Part shown: one piece after another, positions 29,676-40,637 of the stretch
Position numbering within the stretch: position 1 is the stretch's first letter
How the letters are laid out: every line of letters begins with the position of its first letter
Program-made: the position numbers and the translations under genes
Virus record (IMG/VR): IMGVR_UViG_3300035691_000003
Span: 1-64,000 of that record
Reading direction: 5' to 3' (one strand)
Length of the DNA stretch: 64,000 nt
Source: a virus
The notes under the pieces: generated by a model
What the model saw: the letters and a program-made list of their open reading frames with translations, nothing else
Databases searched by the model: none
Told to the model about the DNA's origin: nothing

Positions 29676-30653
29676 GTGAAGATCGGCCATATTTCAGCCT
29701 ATAACGGCAGCGGAATGCACCGCGTCGCGGAGTCGTTGGTAAAAGCCGAATGCGCCCTCGGCCTCGATTCACGACTGGTCAACATGCATGAGACAAACGC
29801 AGCGGAGTTGGATGAAGTCGCCACCTGCGACATCTTTGTGCCGCACACGCACTTTCCCAACGAGATTAAACGCCGCCTGACCAAGCCGCTGAAGATGGTG
29901 TTTATCTCGCACGGCACGCCCGAGTACATCGTGCAAAGCGCGTTCGAGGCCGGAAAGCACGGCTACGGGCATGGCGACGGGCTAATGCTCTGGATGCACT
30001 GGATGAAGACGGCGGATGCGGTTTGTACTTTCTGGCCCCGGCATCAGGCAATCATGCAGTCAATGTGCGATAAGGCCACCAAGGTTCACCTGCTCCCACT
30101 CGGCATGGACCACGATTTCTGGAAGGCGGGACCAAGCAAGGGGAAATTTGCTGGTAATCCATCGGTGATGACTTCAGAGAACAGCCACTTTATGAAATGG
30201 GCCTATGACCTGTTCATCGCGTGGCCCTGGGTTTACGACCAAGTCCCCGACGCCTGCTTGCACGCCACCTACGTCCCCACGGACCAGCATCGCTACTGGT
30301 TTCCGATTGTTAATCGCAACGGGGCCAGCTACGGGGCGCATATCAGCCCGCTGACATGGCAACATGACGAACTGCGAGGTATTCTCAAATCCATCGACTA
30401 CTACTGCAATCTCGTCCGCTACGGCGACTTCAACCATATGGGCTTGCAAGCGGCACTTTGCGGCGCGAAGGTCATCAGCTATCGCGGCAACCCTTTCGCC
30501 GACTACTGGCTTGATGAAGGAGACCAGCGGGACATGGCCCGGCAGCTTATCGCCATCTTCAAGGGTGAAGTGGAGCGGCGGGAGAAAGCGCCGATACCGC
30601 AGTTGAGCGAGATGGGGCAGGCGACGAAGGAGATCTACGAAAGGATTGCATGA
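29676..30653 (+). CDS. Glycosyltransferase (GT-B, GT4-like)
   Basis: MKIGHIS...SGMHRVAESL; HGTPE; GDFNHMGLQAALCGAKVISY resembles the E-x7-E region with D/Q substitutions. Confidence 0.75.
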   Translation: MKIGHISAYNGSGMHRVAESLVKAECALGLDSRLVNMHETNAAELDEVATCDIFVPHTHFPNEIKRRLTKPLKMVFISHGTPEYIVQSAFEAGKHGYGHGDGLMLWMHWMKTADAVCTFWPRHQAIMQSMCDKATKVHLLPLGMDHDFWKAGPSKGKFAGNPSVMTSENSHFMKWAYDLFIAWPWVYDQVPDACLHATYVPTDQHRYWFPIVNRNGASYGAHISPLTWQHDELRGILKSIDYYCNLVRYGDFNHMGLQAALCGAKVISYRGNPFADYWLDEGDQRDMARQLIAIFKGEVERREKAPIPQLSEMGQATKEIYERIA

Positions 30654-31159
30654 ATCAGTTCACCAACGGTGCATTTAACTTCATCGACACCTCCGCAAAG
30701 ATCGGCGAAGATTCGACCATCTGGCACTATGCCGTCATCCTGGCCGATGTCGTCATCGGCAACAACTGCTCCATCGGCTCCCGCGCCGAAATAGGCCGGG
30801 GGACGAAGATTGGCGACAACTCGCGGATTGGTTCCGGCGTATTCCTGCCACCCAACTCATCCATCGGCAAAAACGTGTTCATCGGGCCGGGGACAGTGGC
30901 AACCGACGACCGTCACCCCTTCGCCGGGAATGCAAGCTATGTCGCTGAACCGCCGATATTCGACGACTTTTGCTCAGTAGGCGCGGGTTGCGTGCTGCTG
31001 CCGGGGGTGAGAATCGGCAAGAAGGCGATGGTAGGAGCCGGAGCCATCGTCACCAAGGACGTTCCCGCCGGGGCCGTGGTCTACGGCAAAGCAGCGGAGG
31101 TGCGACAGCGGACTTTTAACCACCTGCGGCGTGAATACGACTGGATAGGAGGAGCGTGA
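30650..31159 (+). CDS. Hexapeptide-repeat (left-handed beta-helix) acetyltransferase, sugar N-acyltransferase-like
   Basis: IGxxxx repeats, IWHY, FIGPG, VGAGAIVTKDVP. Confidence 0.9.
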   Translation: MNQFTNGAFNFIDTSAKIGEDSTIWHYAVILADVVIGNNCSIGSRAEIGRGTKIGDNSRIGSGVFLPPNSSIGKNVFIGPGTVATDDRHPFAGNASYVAEPPIFDDFCSVGAGCVLLPGVRIGKKAMVGAGAIVTKDVPAGAVVYGKAAEVRQRTFNHLRREYDWIGGA

Positions 31160-31506
31160 TGGCACTGGCACAGGCTGGCGGAACAGGCTACTTCAACGCG
31201 GCGGTCAGCGAGACTAAGGTCTCCGTCGTCGCCGGGTCGGTGTTGCTGTTCAATATCCTTGGCTTTAATACTGGCGCAGCGGCAAGCTATCTTCAGTTCT
31301 TTGACGCGCTGGCGGCGGACGTTACAGTAGGCACCACCACGCCAAGGTTTGTCATCCCGCTGCCTATCGCCGGTGGTCTCAGTGACACCTACACGCTGCC
31401 GGAGGCGTTTCGCACGGGCATCGTCATCGCCTGTACCGTCACACCAACCGGAGCCGGAGCGCCCGGCGCGGCGGCGCTGGTGAAGCTCAGCTACGTCGGA
31501 GGATGA
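31156..31506 (+). CDS. Small beta-rich virion protein
   Basis: YLQFFDA...VTVGTTTP...FRTGIVIA motif seen in phage structural modules. Confidence 0.65.
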   Translation: MMALAQAGGTGYFNAAVSETKVSVVAGSVLLFNILGFNTGAAASYLQFFDALAADVTVGTTTPRFVIPLPIAGGLSDTYTLPEAFRTGIVIACTVTPTGAGAPGAAALVKLSYVGG

Positions 31507-31510
31507 ACCA

Positions 31511-31753
31511 ATGGCGTTCTTTGGCGGCGGCAGTGGAGGAGGTGGCTCGGTGGCTATAGGACTGGAAACCGCTACGCCTGCGGTGGGTGACGGCATAGAG
31601 ACCCAGTTTGTCTTCGTCGGTACTCCCGTACTGGTGATGTGCAACGGGGTGGTCTATAGCCCGGACAACTGCACGGTGGCAGGTACAACGGCAACCATTC
31701 CGGTGCCGCCTGAAATTGGACGGCAGATAACAGCGCTGACGACCACAGGGTAA
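31511..31753 (+). CDS. Small beta-rich protein
   Basis: GDGIETQF, NGV motifs. Confidence 0.6.
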   Translation: MAFFGGGSGGGGSVAIGLETATPAVGDGIETQFVFVGTPVLVMCNGVVYSPDNCTVAGTTATIPVPPEIGRQITALTTTG

Positions 31754-31765
31754 GGGAGGGTTGAG

Positions 31766-32617
31766 ATGCCGAGAATACAACCGGAGCAACTAAAGGTGGG
31801 AGCTGGTCCATGGCATACCGTGCCCAAGTACGGCGTCGGGCCTCCTTACGAACTGGAAGCGTCGCGTATCACCGACGACGGTACGGACATCAGCCTGCCT
31901 ACCCTGAGCTTCCAGGTCGGCGATCTCCAACTGGACAGTAACGGCACGCGAATCCGGCTGACGGATGTAAGCAAGCTCATCGAGCTTTACGTGAACCGGA
32001 ATGACGCCGAACACCGATCCACGTTCGCCATGGGCGGTTCTCCGGGTATCGCGACGCTGGAAGCCAGTGATGGAACGGTAGTCGCTGAACTGTCCCTGGC
32101 TCCGGCGTCCTCCGAGGTTCGATTGGGGTTCACCGCCGCTGTCGGCGTTCTCCGACTGAACGCGGCCACGACCTACCTGCCATCCAGCACGACAAACATC
32201 GGGACGGACGCGAATTCGCAAACGGCCATCGTGGGGACCGTGACACGTAATGGAGTACCGCTGGGGACCGCATCCTACGTGCAGCAGTTGGCGCAGATTG
32301 CAAGTATCAGTCCGACTGACATTCTAATCGGCGGCGCGTCGCTCGGCGCGGGTCTGTACCGCCTCTCCTACTACCTCGTAACCACCGTCGCAGGCACATC
32401 CGGCACGGTGAAGGCGACGTTTGACTGGACTGACGCGGGAGCCGCGCGGGTAGTAGACTCAGCAACCATCACCTTCGGCACATTGGCCGACCCATCCTCG
32501 GGAACGCTAATCATCCAGCTAACTGGCGCAGACCCGATTCGTTACTCAACCACCGTGGCTGCCGCCGTCGGCGATCCACAATACGCGCTGTACATAGCAC
32601 TGGAGCGATTGCAGTAA
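31766..32617 (+). CDS. Putative fibre/appendage protein
   Basis: SRITDDGT motif; C-terminal AGLYRLSYY beta-sandwich. Confidence 0.6.
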   Translation: MPRIQPEQLKVGAGPWHTVPKYGVGPPYELEASRITDDGTDISLPTLSFQVGDLQLDSNGTRIRLTDVSKLIELYVNRNDAEHRSTFAMGGSPGIATLEASDGTVVAELSLAPASSEVRLGFTAAVGVLRLNAATTYLPSSTTNIGTDANSQTAIVGTVTRNGVPLGTASYVQQLAQIASISPTDILIGGASLGAGLYRLSYYLVTTVAGTSGTVKATFDWTDAGAARVVDSATITFGTLADPSSGTLIIQLTGADPIRYSTTVAAAVGDPQYALYIALERLQ

Positions 32618-32662
32618 GGACTCGATACACCGCCCGAAGGCGGGCAAGGCAAGGAAGAAGGG

Positions 32663-33148
32663 ATGGTTGAAATGGATAAAAAGATTGCAGCGAGTCAGTT
32701 ACAGCAAGATGGAGCAATGACCGTGCTTAGCGCAACGGTTGAACTTACTGACACACAGTTCAAGGCGCTACCCACCACGGTCGCGGAAATCGTACCCAAC
32801 AGTGAGGCAGGCAAGGTCGTGCTGTTCCTCAGTGCCGTGCTGCTAGCAAACGTTACCGGCGGCGCTTATGGAAACATCACCGATCGGCAGTTTGAATTCA
32901 CCTGGGGGAGCGGCAACGAAGGAATAGCCGTCAGCGACAGGTTCGACATGGGAGTAGCGCTTAGCGGCAATATCGGCACTCCGACACTAAGTACCGTGAC
33001 GCCGATAACCGCCTCGGTGCAGGCGCTGGAAGACGTAGAAGCGCGGTCTATCGTGTTGCGCGTGGTGTCAGGCGCAGGCGACTTCACTGACGGTGACTCC
33101 ACGAACACTGTCAGTGTCACTGTTCTGTACGTGATCCTTGACGTATAA
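32663..33148 (+). CDS. Putative structural beta-sandwich protein (start uncertain)
   Basis: ORF in operon, beta-rich. Confidence 0.6.
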   Translation: MVEMDKKIAASQLQQDGAMTVLSATVELTDTQFKALPTTVAEIVPNSEAGKVVLFLSAVLLANVTGGAYGNITDRQFEFTWGSGNEGIAVSDRFDMGVALSGNIGTPTLSTVTPITASVQALEDVEARSIVLRVVSGAGDFTDGDSTNTVSVTVLYVILDV

Positions 33149-33154
33149 CCAGCG

Positions 33155-35212
33155 ATGAGCGACCTGACTATCTCCGCAGCCGGATTTACCATCCAGCCAC
33201 TCGTTGACGAGAGGGATGGTCCAGCGGAGATACGCTGGTACTACAACCGCGCCTTTCTCGATTCAGTAAACACACAGGTGCAGTGGGGGACCGGGACTAC
33301 CGGCTTCTGGGTGACGACACCCTGCTCGGTGGCTGCGGGGCTAGTGACGGTGGACCAGGACACGCTGCTCTGGACCACCGACGATGCCCAAGATCCAAAC
33401 CCCGGCTCAATCCTCCTCAGCGCCGGGCTGTATTCATCACGCGGCAAACTGGTCCAGCAGCTAACCATTATCGGCAAGTCGCAGTGGATTGTACCGTCCT
33501 CGCAAGCTCCAACTACCACCTGGGCCAACTTCGTCGCCTATAATTCCGCCGCCTTTCTCGCCAATCCACCACAGGTGTTTTACACCGCCGCGCAGGTGGA
33601 CGCGCTGGTGGACCGCTCCTTTGACGAACATCCAGCCACCGACGGCGACCTCGGCTCCGTGCTGCTGTCGGTCCCCGCTACCGTACCTGCTCAGCCAGTC
33701 GTCTGGGGCGCGAACGATCCGTTAGTCAGAGACGCGCTAAAGATTCAAGGCGTGGACGTGGTTAGCACCACCCCACTCGACACACAGGTGCTGGCCTATA
33801 ACCAGTCCAATAACCAGTGGGAACCGTCGAATCAAGCTGCGGGAACCGGGAATGTCGTCAGCAACGAGATTATCTCAGTCGATGGTGAGATTACGCTGTT
33901 TAGCGGGACCGGTGGGAAGACAATCAAGCGGGGTGGGTTCACCGGGCTGCTCAAGGCGCTGGCAGGAGTGGTATCAGCGGCAGTCGCAGCAGTGGATTAC
34001 GTTGTGCCGGGAGTGATTACCGGGAGCGGACTGACACAGGCCACCGCGCGCCTGTTGGGCCGCACAACGGCGTCTTCGGGAGCAGTGGAGGAAATCTCCG
34101 TCGGCACCGGGTTGCAACTCGCCGCCGGGGTACTGTCAAATACTGCTGCCGATACAGGTATCACGCAACTTACCGGAAACGTAACCGCTGGACCTGGAAG
34201 CGGCAGTCAGGTAGCGACAATTCCCAGTGACACCGTGATCTACGCAATGATGCAAAATGTCTCAGCAGCGGATAAGTTGCTCGGTCGCGGTAACAGCGGA
34301 GCCGGTGACGTGCAGGAGATTACACTCGGCACGAATCTCGCCATGAGCGGTACAACGCTCAATGCTTCAGCGGGTACTGGGACAGTCGGCAACGTCGGCA
34401 CGCTGACTACAAACCAAGTCATCCTTGGTGCGGGCGGCACCGACATTACCGCGCTTGGCTCACTAGGCACGACGGTGACGGTGCTGCATGGAAATGCCGC
34501 CGGTGCGCCGACCTTTGCGGTCGTGACCCCGGCAGACGCGGCGGGGAATACCAGCGGCTCGGGAAACTTTGCACTGGTTACGTCGCCAGTGTTTACCACC
34601 CCAACGCTCGGTGCAGCCACGGCCACATCCGTCAACGGCCTGACTATCACTTCGTCTACCGGCACGCTGACAATTACCAATGCCAAAGTGGTCAGCTTTA
34701 ACCACTCGCTGACCTTTGCAGGCACCGACTCGACAACGATGACGTTTCCCTCAACGTCGCAAACGATTGTCGGTCTTACTGCTACCCAGACACTTACCTC
34801 AAAGATTATCAGCCTGACGGCAGCCCACGGCACGGACGACACCTGTGAGGGGTTGCAGGTTACCGGCCTGAACGCCGGAGCGACAATTGCCCAATGGGAA
34901 ACTGTTTACCTTGACGGGTCATCGACGTGGCAACTAGCAGACGCCAATGGCAGTAGCACCTACCCCGCGCGAGGATTGGCAACGGCTGCCTATGTCAGTA
35001 CCAACCCAGCGGCAATTCTTGTTCGTGGAACGGTACGAAACGACGCTTGGAACTGGACGCCGGGAGGAGCACTCTATCTCTCGGGAACACCGGGAGGGCT
35101 GACACAAACCGCCCCCTCCACGTCGGGCGACAAGGTTCAAGTAGTGGGTTTTGCACTCACCGCCGACATCGCCTTCTTCGACTTCAATAGCACTTACCTG
35201 ACAGTGACTTAA
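33155..35212 (+). CDS. Tail fibre-like protein (685 aa)
   Basis: G/T/A-rich with LLGR...G.VEEI repeats; C-terminal LADA...WTPGGALYLS...VGFA domain. Confidence 0.75.
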   Translation: MSDLTISAAGFTIQPLVDERDGPAEIRWYYNRAFLDSVNTQVQWGTGTTGFWVTTPCSVAAGLVTVDQDTLLWTTDDAQDPNPGSILLSAGLYSSRGKLVQQLTIIGKSQWIVPSSQAPTTTWANFVAYNSAAFLANPPQVFYTAAQVDALVDRSFDEHPATDGDLGSVLLSVPATVPAQPVVWGANDPLVRDALKIQGVDVVSTTPLDTQVLAYNQSNNQWEPSNQAAGTGNVVSNEIISVDGEITLFSGTGGKTIKRGGFTGLLKALAGVVSAAVAAVDYVVPGVITGSGLTQATARLLGRTTASSGAVEEISVGTGLQLAAGVLSNTAADTGITQLTGNVTAGPGSGSQVATIPSDTVIYAMMQNVSAADKLLGRGNSGAGDVQEITLGTNLAMSGTTLNASAGTGTVGNVGTLTTNQVILGAGGTDITALGSLGTTVTVLHGNAAGAPTFAVVTPADAAGNTSGSGNFALVTSPVFTTPTLGAATATSVNGLTITSSTGTLTITNAKVVSFNHSLTFAGTDSTTMTFPSTSQTIVGLTATQTLTSKIISLTAAHGTDDTCEGLQVTGLNAGATIAQWETVYLDGSSTWQLADANGSSTYPARGLATAAYVSTNPAAILVRGTVRNDAWNWTPGGALYLSGTPGGLTQTAPSTSGDKVQVVGFALTADIAFFDFNSTYLTVT

Positions 35213-35214
35213 AA

Positions 35215-36015
35215 ATGACAGTCAACGCAATCAACGGAGTCGCGCTCACTGCCCTCTCGGCAATCGACGGAGTGAGTCTGGCGATCCTGAACGCGGTGAG
35301 CGGGCAGACACTGGCAGCGACGACTGATCCGTTCTTCTCTAGCGTAGTACTACTCGTTCCGTGGAACGGCACTGATGGGCAGACTACGGCTACCGATCTC
35401 TCTAATGCGGCCCATACCTTATCGTTTCAAGCCAACGCGCAAATCGACACCGCGCAATCGTGGTTCGGAGGTTCGTCGCTGCTACTGGACGGCGACAGTG
35501 ACCGAGTAGAATCTGCCGATAGCGCCGATTGGACCATGGCGGCTGGTGACTGGACGATGGAGGCGTTCATCCGCGTCAACTCGTTTGCACTGGAGCCAAC
35601 CCAGACAATCTACAGTCACTACTCTTCAACCAGCAATCAACGCTCCTTCTGGTGGCGGTTTAACGCAACCACGATGGAGTTCATTTACTCCACCAACGGA
35701 ACCGCGACAACAACTATCTCCGGCTCGTTTACGTTTAACACCGGAACGTGGTACTACGTGGCGGCGAAGAGATCAACTACGTCGCTGATCCTGTATGCCG
35801 CAGTTGCCAGTGACCCAACAACTACCGTGATTCAAACCGGGGCCGTAGCGACGGACTCCTTCTTCAATTCCACTACCGTGCTTAGAATCGGCTCGGCCCA
35901 GTCTGCCGGAGTGAATGCCGCCGAACTGAATGGCTGGATGAACCAGACACGAATTACCAAAGGCGTTGCGCGTGATGTAAGCAACGTGCCGACTGCTCCA
36001 TTTCCGACATCATGA
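35215..36015 (+). CDS. LamG/concanavalin-like domain protein
   Basis: [44 protein letters not shown]. Confidence 0.8.
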   Translation: MTVNAINGVALTALSAIDGVSLAILNAVSGQTLAATTDPFFSSVVLLVPWNGTDGQTTATDLSNAAHTLSFQANAQIDTAQSWFGGSSLLLDGDSDRVESADSADWTMAAGDWTMEAFIRVNSFALEPTQTIYSHYSSTSNQRSFWWRFNATTMEFIYSTNGTATTTISGSFTFNTGTWYYVAAKRSTTSLILYAAVASDPTTTVIQTGAVATDSFFNSTTVLRIGSAQSAGVNAAELNGWMNQTRITKGVARDVSNVPTAPFPTS

Positions 36016-36022
36016 GACAATT

Positions 36023-37642
36023 ATGAAAACCCTGCTACTCATCCTACTGCTCCCCGCCGCGCTGCTGGCCCAGTCGGCCAACACCTTTCGCCAAGTCACC
36101 TTTGCCAACCTCGGCGTGCCGAACGATAACAACGTGCGCTACGTGACGGACGGCGGGGTTGATTCAGTGACCGGCAACTGTACCAGCGGCGGGTTTGGAG
36201 CCTATGCCTTCCGGGTGCAGACCGGCGCGACGACTTTTGTCTGGCGCTGCTCGGTGTTTGTGCCGGGTGGTGGAGGCACCGGGAATGGCGACGTGTCCAG
36301 CGATACGGCTACCGCATCAGTCGGCCAAGCGGCGGTCTTCTCCAACACCACCGGCAAGCAGATTGGCCGGTTTACTTCGTCGGGCTGGGTCAAAGCAACC
36401 GGCGGAGTGTTGACGACGGTGGCGAGTGTCAGCCTGGCGTCGGATGTCACCGGCAATCTCCCTGTGGTGAACTTGAACTCTGGCACTAACGCATCATCCG
36501 GCACCTTCTGGCGCGGCGACGGGCAGTGGGCTACACCGGTGGGTGCTGGTGATGTCAGCTCCAACACTGCCGTCTCAGTCAACGACGAGTTGGTCCTGTT
36601 CAACAGCACCAGCGGCAAGTCGATTAAGCGCGCGACGAGCAGCGGGCTGGTGAAGCTCACCTCGGGCGTGGCGTCAACTGTCGCTGCTCCAACCGGCACT
36701 ATCGTCGGCACGACGGATGCGCAACCACTGACCAACAAAACGATTGACGGCAGCCTGAACACGATTACCAACGTGTCGCTGGCAACCGGCGTAACCAGCA
36801 ACCTGCCAGTGACCCGGCTCAACTCCGGCACCGGGGCAAGTGGCTCAACCTTCTGGCGCGGCGATGGGACGTGGGCGACTCCCGCCGGGGCGGGCACCGT
36901 GACGAGTGTCGGCTTAGCACTGCCCAATATCTTCTCCGTCAGCGGCACACCGGTGATATCGTCAGGGACGCTAACTGCAACCCTCGCCACTCAGACGGCC
37001 AATACCGTGTTCAGTGGGCCAACCACCGGCAGCGCCGCCACGCCCACCTTCCGCGCGCTGGTGGCAGCCGACATCCCGGCGCTGGGCGCGTCGAAGATTA
37101 CCTCGGAGACAATGGCAACTGCTCGGCTGGGTAGTGGCGCGGCATCGTCGTCAACCTTCCTGCGCGGCGACCAGACCTGGGCTACCCCAACCGCCGGGGC
37201 GGGAGGCTCGACCACCCAATTTCAGTTCAACCTCACCGGCGCACTGGCAGGAGCGTCCAACTTCCTCTTCACCCCAGCCACCGGGCAGATGACGGCCAAT
37301 CAGGCAGGTAATGGCAACAACGTCTTCTACGGCAAGCGCGTGACCGACACCGGTCCTACCGGCAACTTCTTCCTGTTCCAGAACCAGGCAGGCACGGTGG
37401 ACTTGTTCAAGGTGGACGTGACTGGGGCGGTGATACTGAATTCAGCTACTGGCATACAGGATGTGCTGACGGTGCAGAAGGGGGTGCAGCTCACCACCGG
37501 CACGAGACCGACGTGCGACTCGACGACGCGCGGGACGTTCTGGTACGTGGCTGGAAGTGCCGGGGTGGCCGACACCGTGGCGGTGTGCGCCAAGAATTCT
37601 AGTGATGTTTTTTCGTGGGTTAGTATCGCCGCGATTCCATAA
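36023..37642 (+). CDS. Fibre-repeat protein with N-terminal signal peptide
   Basis: [17 protein letters not shown]; three TF(W/L)RGDxxWATP repeats; GTVTSVGL; [12 protein letters not shown]. Confidence 0.75.
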   Translation: MKTLLLILLLPAALLAQSANTFRQVTFANLGVPNDNNVRYVTDGGVDSVTGNCTSGGFGAYAFRVQTGATTFVWRCSVFVPGGGGTGNGDVSSDTATASVGQAAVFSNTTGKQIGRFTSSGWVKATGGVLTTVASVSLASDVTGNLPVVNLNSGTNASSGTFWRGDGQWATPVGAGDVSSNTAVSVNDELVLFNSTSGKSIKRATSSGLVKLTSGVASTVAAPTGTIVGTTDAQPLTNKTIDGSLNTITNVSLATGVTSNLPVTRLNSGTGASGSTFWRGDGTWATPAGAGTVTSVGLALPNIFSVSGTPVISSGTLTATLATQTANTVFSGPTTGSAATPTFRALVAADIPALGASKITSETMATARLGSGAASSSTFLRGDQTWATPTAGAGGSTTQFQFNLTGALAGASNFLFTPATGQMTANQAGNGNNVFYGKRVTDTGPTGNFFLFQNQAGTVDLFKVDVTGAVILNSATGIQDVLTVQKGVQLTTGTRPTCDSTTRGTFWYVAGSAGVADTVAVCAKNSSDVFSWVSIAAIP

Positions 37643-37649
37643 GAGAACT

Positions 37650-40568
37650 ATGAGACCTTTAATTCTACTTGCCCTACTCGCCCTCCCCGTCGCCGCCCAA
37701 ACACCGCCCGGCACCCACATCACCCTCGACGGTTCATCTCAGTACCTGAGCGGCACTACTCCAACTGGGACGAGGCAGTTGCGCGAAGTGTCATCACGCA
37801 TGACCAGCGCGCGGATTGGTCACACCACCGACCAAGTGCTATTCGACTGGACCGGCGTAGGGACGCTGTATATCAAGGCGGTGAGCGGCACCACCACCAA
37901 CCTGCAATTTGTTCCCGCCACCGGCACCGGCACCACCACGGTAAACATCAGCGCCTTCACCACCGGATTCATCTATCGCTTCGCCTATGACGACATCGGG
38001 CCGAATATGGCCTACCTGTTGCAAGCGTGGGATGCGCGGGGTGATCCAAAGACGGTGGTCTCAGCAGTGCAAACCGCCTCGGTCTCATCTATCGACCCCA
38101 ACAACCGCGCCTTTCGCATCGGAGCGAAGCTCGACGGCACGCTCCACCTGCAAGCCGACATCGACTTCTGGCGCTGGCACGACCAATGGATTCCCCAATA
38201 CCCACAGGCCAGTGCGCCGGGATTACAGCTCCCCTACCCGACGTTTGCCGAGAACTGGCTGGCCTGCCACTCGATTAACGGGAATGAGAACTGGGTTGAT
38301 TATCGGTTTGAGAATGACCTGACGAACTCCGGCACTCTGACCATGCCGCTGACCGCGACAGGCGCACCGACATTCGCGGCCAATTCCAACACCCGCCCAA
38401 CTGCTTATGGCGAGGATCTAACCGGCGTAGCCAAAGGCCGTCTCCCGCTCAATGGCACCTTCTCTTATGACTACGACTCCAGCGGGCTGGTGCCGACGAA
38501 TCTCTCCGATACCCTGTCCACCAACTGGACCTGCGTGTCGGCTCCCGGCGCGGGCTGTGGGGCGCTAACTATCCGCCAGCCAACCCGGCTGTTTACCTGG
38601 GCCGATGGCGGCACGACTGTCGGCACCTACACGTTTACCTTCAGCGTCTCTGACGGCTCGTCAACTGACACCGACACCGTAACCATCCAGGTCGGGGCTG
38701 TCACCGCCTCAGTCGGCACCACCACCTGCTTCATCGATGAGCCATGCTTCATTGACGCATCCGCATCAACCAACTGGGACTCCATCAACGTGGATTTCGG
38801 CGAGAGCATTCCCGGCTCCTCGCTCCACTACGCAATGAGCATTCCCAAGGGCGTGCATCGCTATCACGCGGCGGGGGACTATACGGTGACGGTCTCAGCA
38901 CGGGATGCGCAACCGTCTCCGGTGACGGCCACCGCAACCACCACCATCACAGTCAGCGCCCGCGCAGAAGCCGACGCCGCCAACACTGAAGACCTAACCA
39001 ACCCACTCAACGCCAACTACATCTCCCCGGCTAATTGCACTGGGGACGCAGCCGGGAATCTCACCAAGGTGCAGGCAGCACTGGACATCGCCAAGAGCCG
39101 TAATACCGTGGCGCAGAAGGTGGTCCTGCCTGCCGGGTGTCGGGCCGATGGGCAACTCACCGCCAAGGTGCCGGTTGGTAGTGCGTATATCACGGTGATT
39201 AGCTCCGGCACGCTGCCGCCATCACACAAGCGCATCACCCCCGGCGACATTGCTCAGATGTTCACTGTGCGTGGGACGACGAACAACCTCTCGCCTCTCA
39301 TCAGCGACCTGGCGGGTACGTCGCACCATTACAAGTTTCGAGGGATCGTGTTCGAGACCAGCGTCCAGCAGTTTGCGATTGTCGAACTGGGCGCACCGTC
39401 AGTTGAAGATTCAGCAGCGGAAATCTCGCACCACTTCATCATTCAGCACTGCATCATTCGCCCGACCGATGAGTTCTCGGTCAATATCCAGAACGGGATT
39501 CTCTACAACGCCAATGACGTAGCGATCATCGACAGCTACATCTACCCGATGTCTTCATCCGGCATCGAATCCCACAACCTGCTCACCTATTCAGCCGAGG
39601 GCCGTCACGCGATTGATAACAATTTCCTCGGCGGCTCATCCATCAACTACTTCGTCGGCGGTGCAACCACTATTGTGCGCGGCATGGTGCCGTCTTATAT
39701 CGAGTTCAACGAGAACTATCTGACTCACCCACTGACGTGGCAGCCTTCTAACCCAGCCTGGGACGGCAAGACGCGCGGGGTGAAGAACCTGTGGGAGCTG
39801 AAGACCGGGAGCTATGTATCAGCACGGGGCAATAAGATTGAGAACAACTGGACTGATGCGCAGCAGGGTATCGGCGCGTTCTTCCAAGCTACCTGCGACT
39901 CCGGCAATTGGGCCACGGCGAATTACATCGACTGGGGCTACAACTGGCTGTACAACATCGAGAAGGGAGTGGAGTTTCGCGGGTCTGAGTATCGCGGCAC
40001 CGTGCAGTCGCGCAAGGTGTGGTTCTCAAATATCCTAATGGAAGCGCTGACGAACCGCGCGATTACCTTTATCCAGGCGTGGGAGCCACGTATTAACCAT
40101 GTCACCATGCTGGCGGTCACTAACCACTCGGCGGTGATGGACGGCGAGATGCGCGGGCCGGGGTTTATGTACGAGAACTCGATTGCTTATGAAGGGGCGT
40201 TTGGCTGGTTCGGCTCCGGGTTCTCCACCGGCACGCCGAGTTTGAACATCTACTTCCCTGGGTTTATATTCACCAGCTCGTTGCAGGTGGGTGGGTCGGC
40301 GGGGAGTTACTCTGCACCTATCACAGCTATGCAGTTCCCGGCCAGTCAGGCAGCGGTGGGGTTTACCGACCCAGCTAGCGGCAACTGGAGCTTGGCGGCG
40401 AGTTCGCCGTACAAGGGCGACGCCAACGACGGCACCGACCCAGGCGTCAACTGGGTGGACCTGCAAGCCCACTTGCTCAACACCGTCAGCGGCAACTGGA
40501 CGACGGTACGCGGGGCTGGAATGAGTGGAAAAGCGACAATTAGCGGCAAGGGGGTGGTAGTTCAGTGA
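37650..40568 (+). CDS. Secreted-type multidomain protein: LamG-like, PKD/Ig-like and right-handed beta-helix (possible depolymerase/adhesin)
   Basis: Likely start MRPLILLALLALPVAAQ; VDFGE...HRYHAAGDYTVTV PKD motif; Asn-ladder beta-helix with KNLWELK. Confidence 0.75.
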   Translation: MRPLILLALLALPVAAQTPPGTHITLDGSSQYLSGTTPTGTRQLREVSSRMTSARIGHTTDQVLFDWTGVGTLYIKAVSGTTTNLQFVPATGTGTTTVNISAFTTGFIYRFAYDDIGPNMAYLLQAWDARGDPKTVVSAVQTASVSSIDPNNRAFRIGAKLDGTLHLQADIDFWRWHDQWIPQYPQASAPGLQLPYPTFAENWLACHSINGNENWVDYRFENDLTNSGTLTMPLTATGAPTFAANSNTRPTAYGEDLTGVAKGRLPLNGTFSYDYDSSGLVPTNLSDTLSTNWTCVSAPGAGCGALTIRQPTRLFTWADGGTTVGTYTFTFSVSDGSSTDTDTVTIQVGAVTASVGTTTCFIDEPCFIDASASTNWDSINVDFGESIPGSSLHYAMSIPKGVHRYHAAGDYTVTVSARDAQPSPVTATATTTITVSARAEADAANTEDLTNPLNANYISPANCTGDAAGNLTKVQAALDIAKSRNTVAQKVVLPAGCRADGQLTAKVPVGSAYITVISSGTLPPSHKRITPGDIAQMFTVRGTTNNLSPLISDLAGTSHHYKFRGIVFETSVQQFAIVELGAPSVEDSAAEISHHFIIQHCIIRPTDEFSVNIQNGILYNANDVAIIDSYIYPMSSSGIESHNLLTYSAEGRHAIDNNFLGGSSINYFVGGATTIVRGMVPSYIEFNENYLTHPLTWQPSNPAWDGKTRGVKNLWELKTGSYVSARGNKIENNWTDAQQGIGAFFQATCDSGNWATANYIDWGYNWLYNIEKGVEFRGSEYRGTVQSRKVWFSNILMEALTNRAITFIQAWEPRINHVTMLAVTNHSAVMDGEMRGPGFMYENSIAYEGAFGWFGSGFSTGTPSLNIYFPGFIFTSSLQVGGSAGSYSAPITAMQFPASQAAVGFTDPASGNWSLAASSPYKGDANDGTDPGVNWVDLQAHLLNTVSGNWTTVRGAGMSGKATISGKGVVVQ

Positions 40569-40637
40569 CGGGGGCCAACTTTCCCCGTTACAGGTTTGCG
40601 AGGGTCTGATACACTGCTGGGGTAGGAGGACCACTGG

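Noticed and set aside
33155-37642. Diversity-generating retroelement targeting fibre genes
   Set aside because: No reverse transcriptase in the window; repeats are ordinary protein-level fibre repeats, not adenine-specific template/variable pairs
37557-37649. Annotated start of the 1003-aa ORF
   Set aside because: It overlaps the upstream gene; ATG 37650 follows the upstream stop and gives a clean signal peptide
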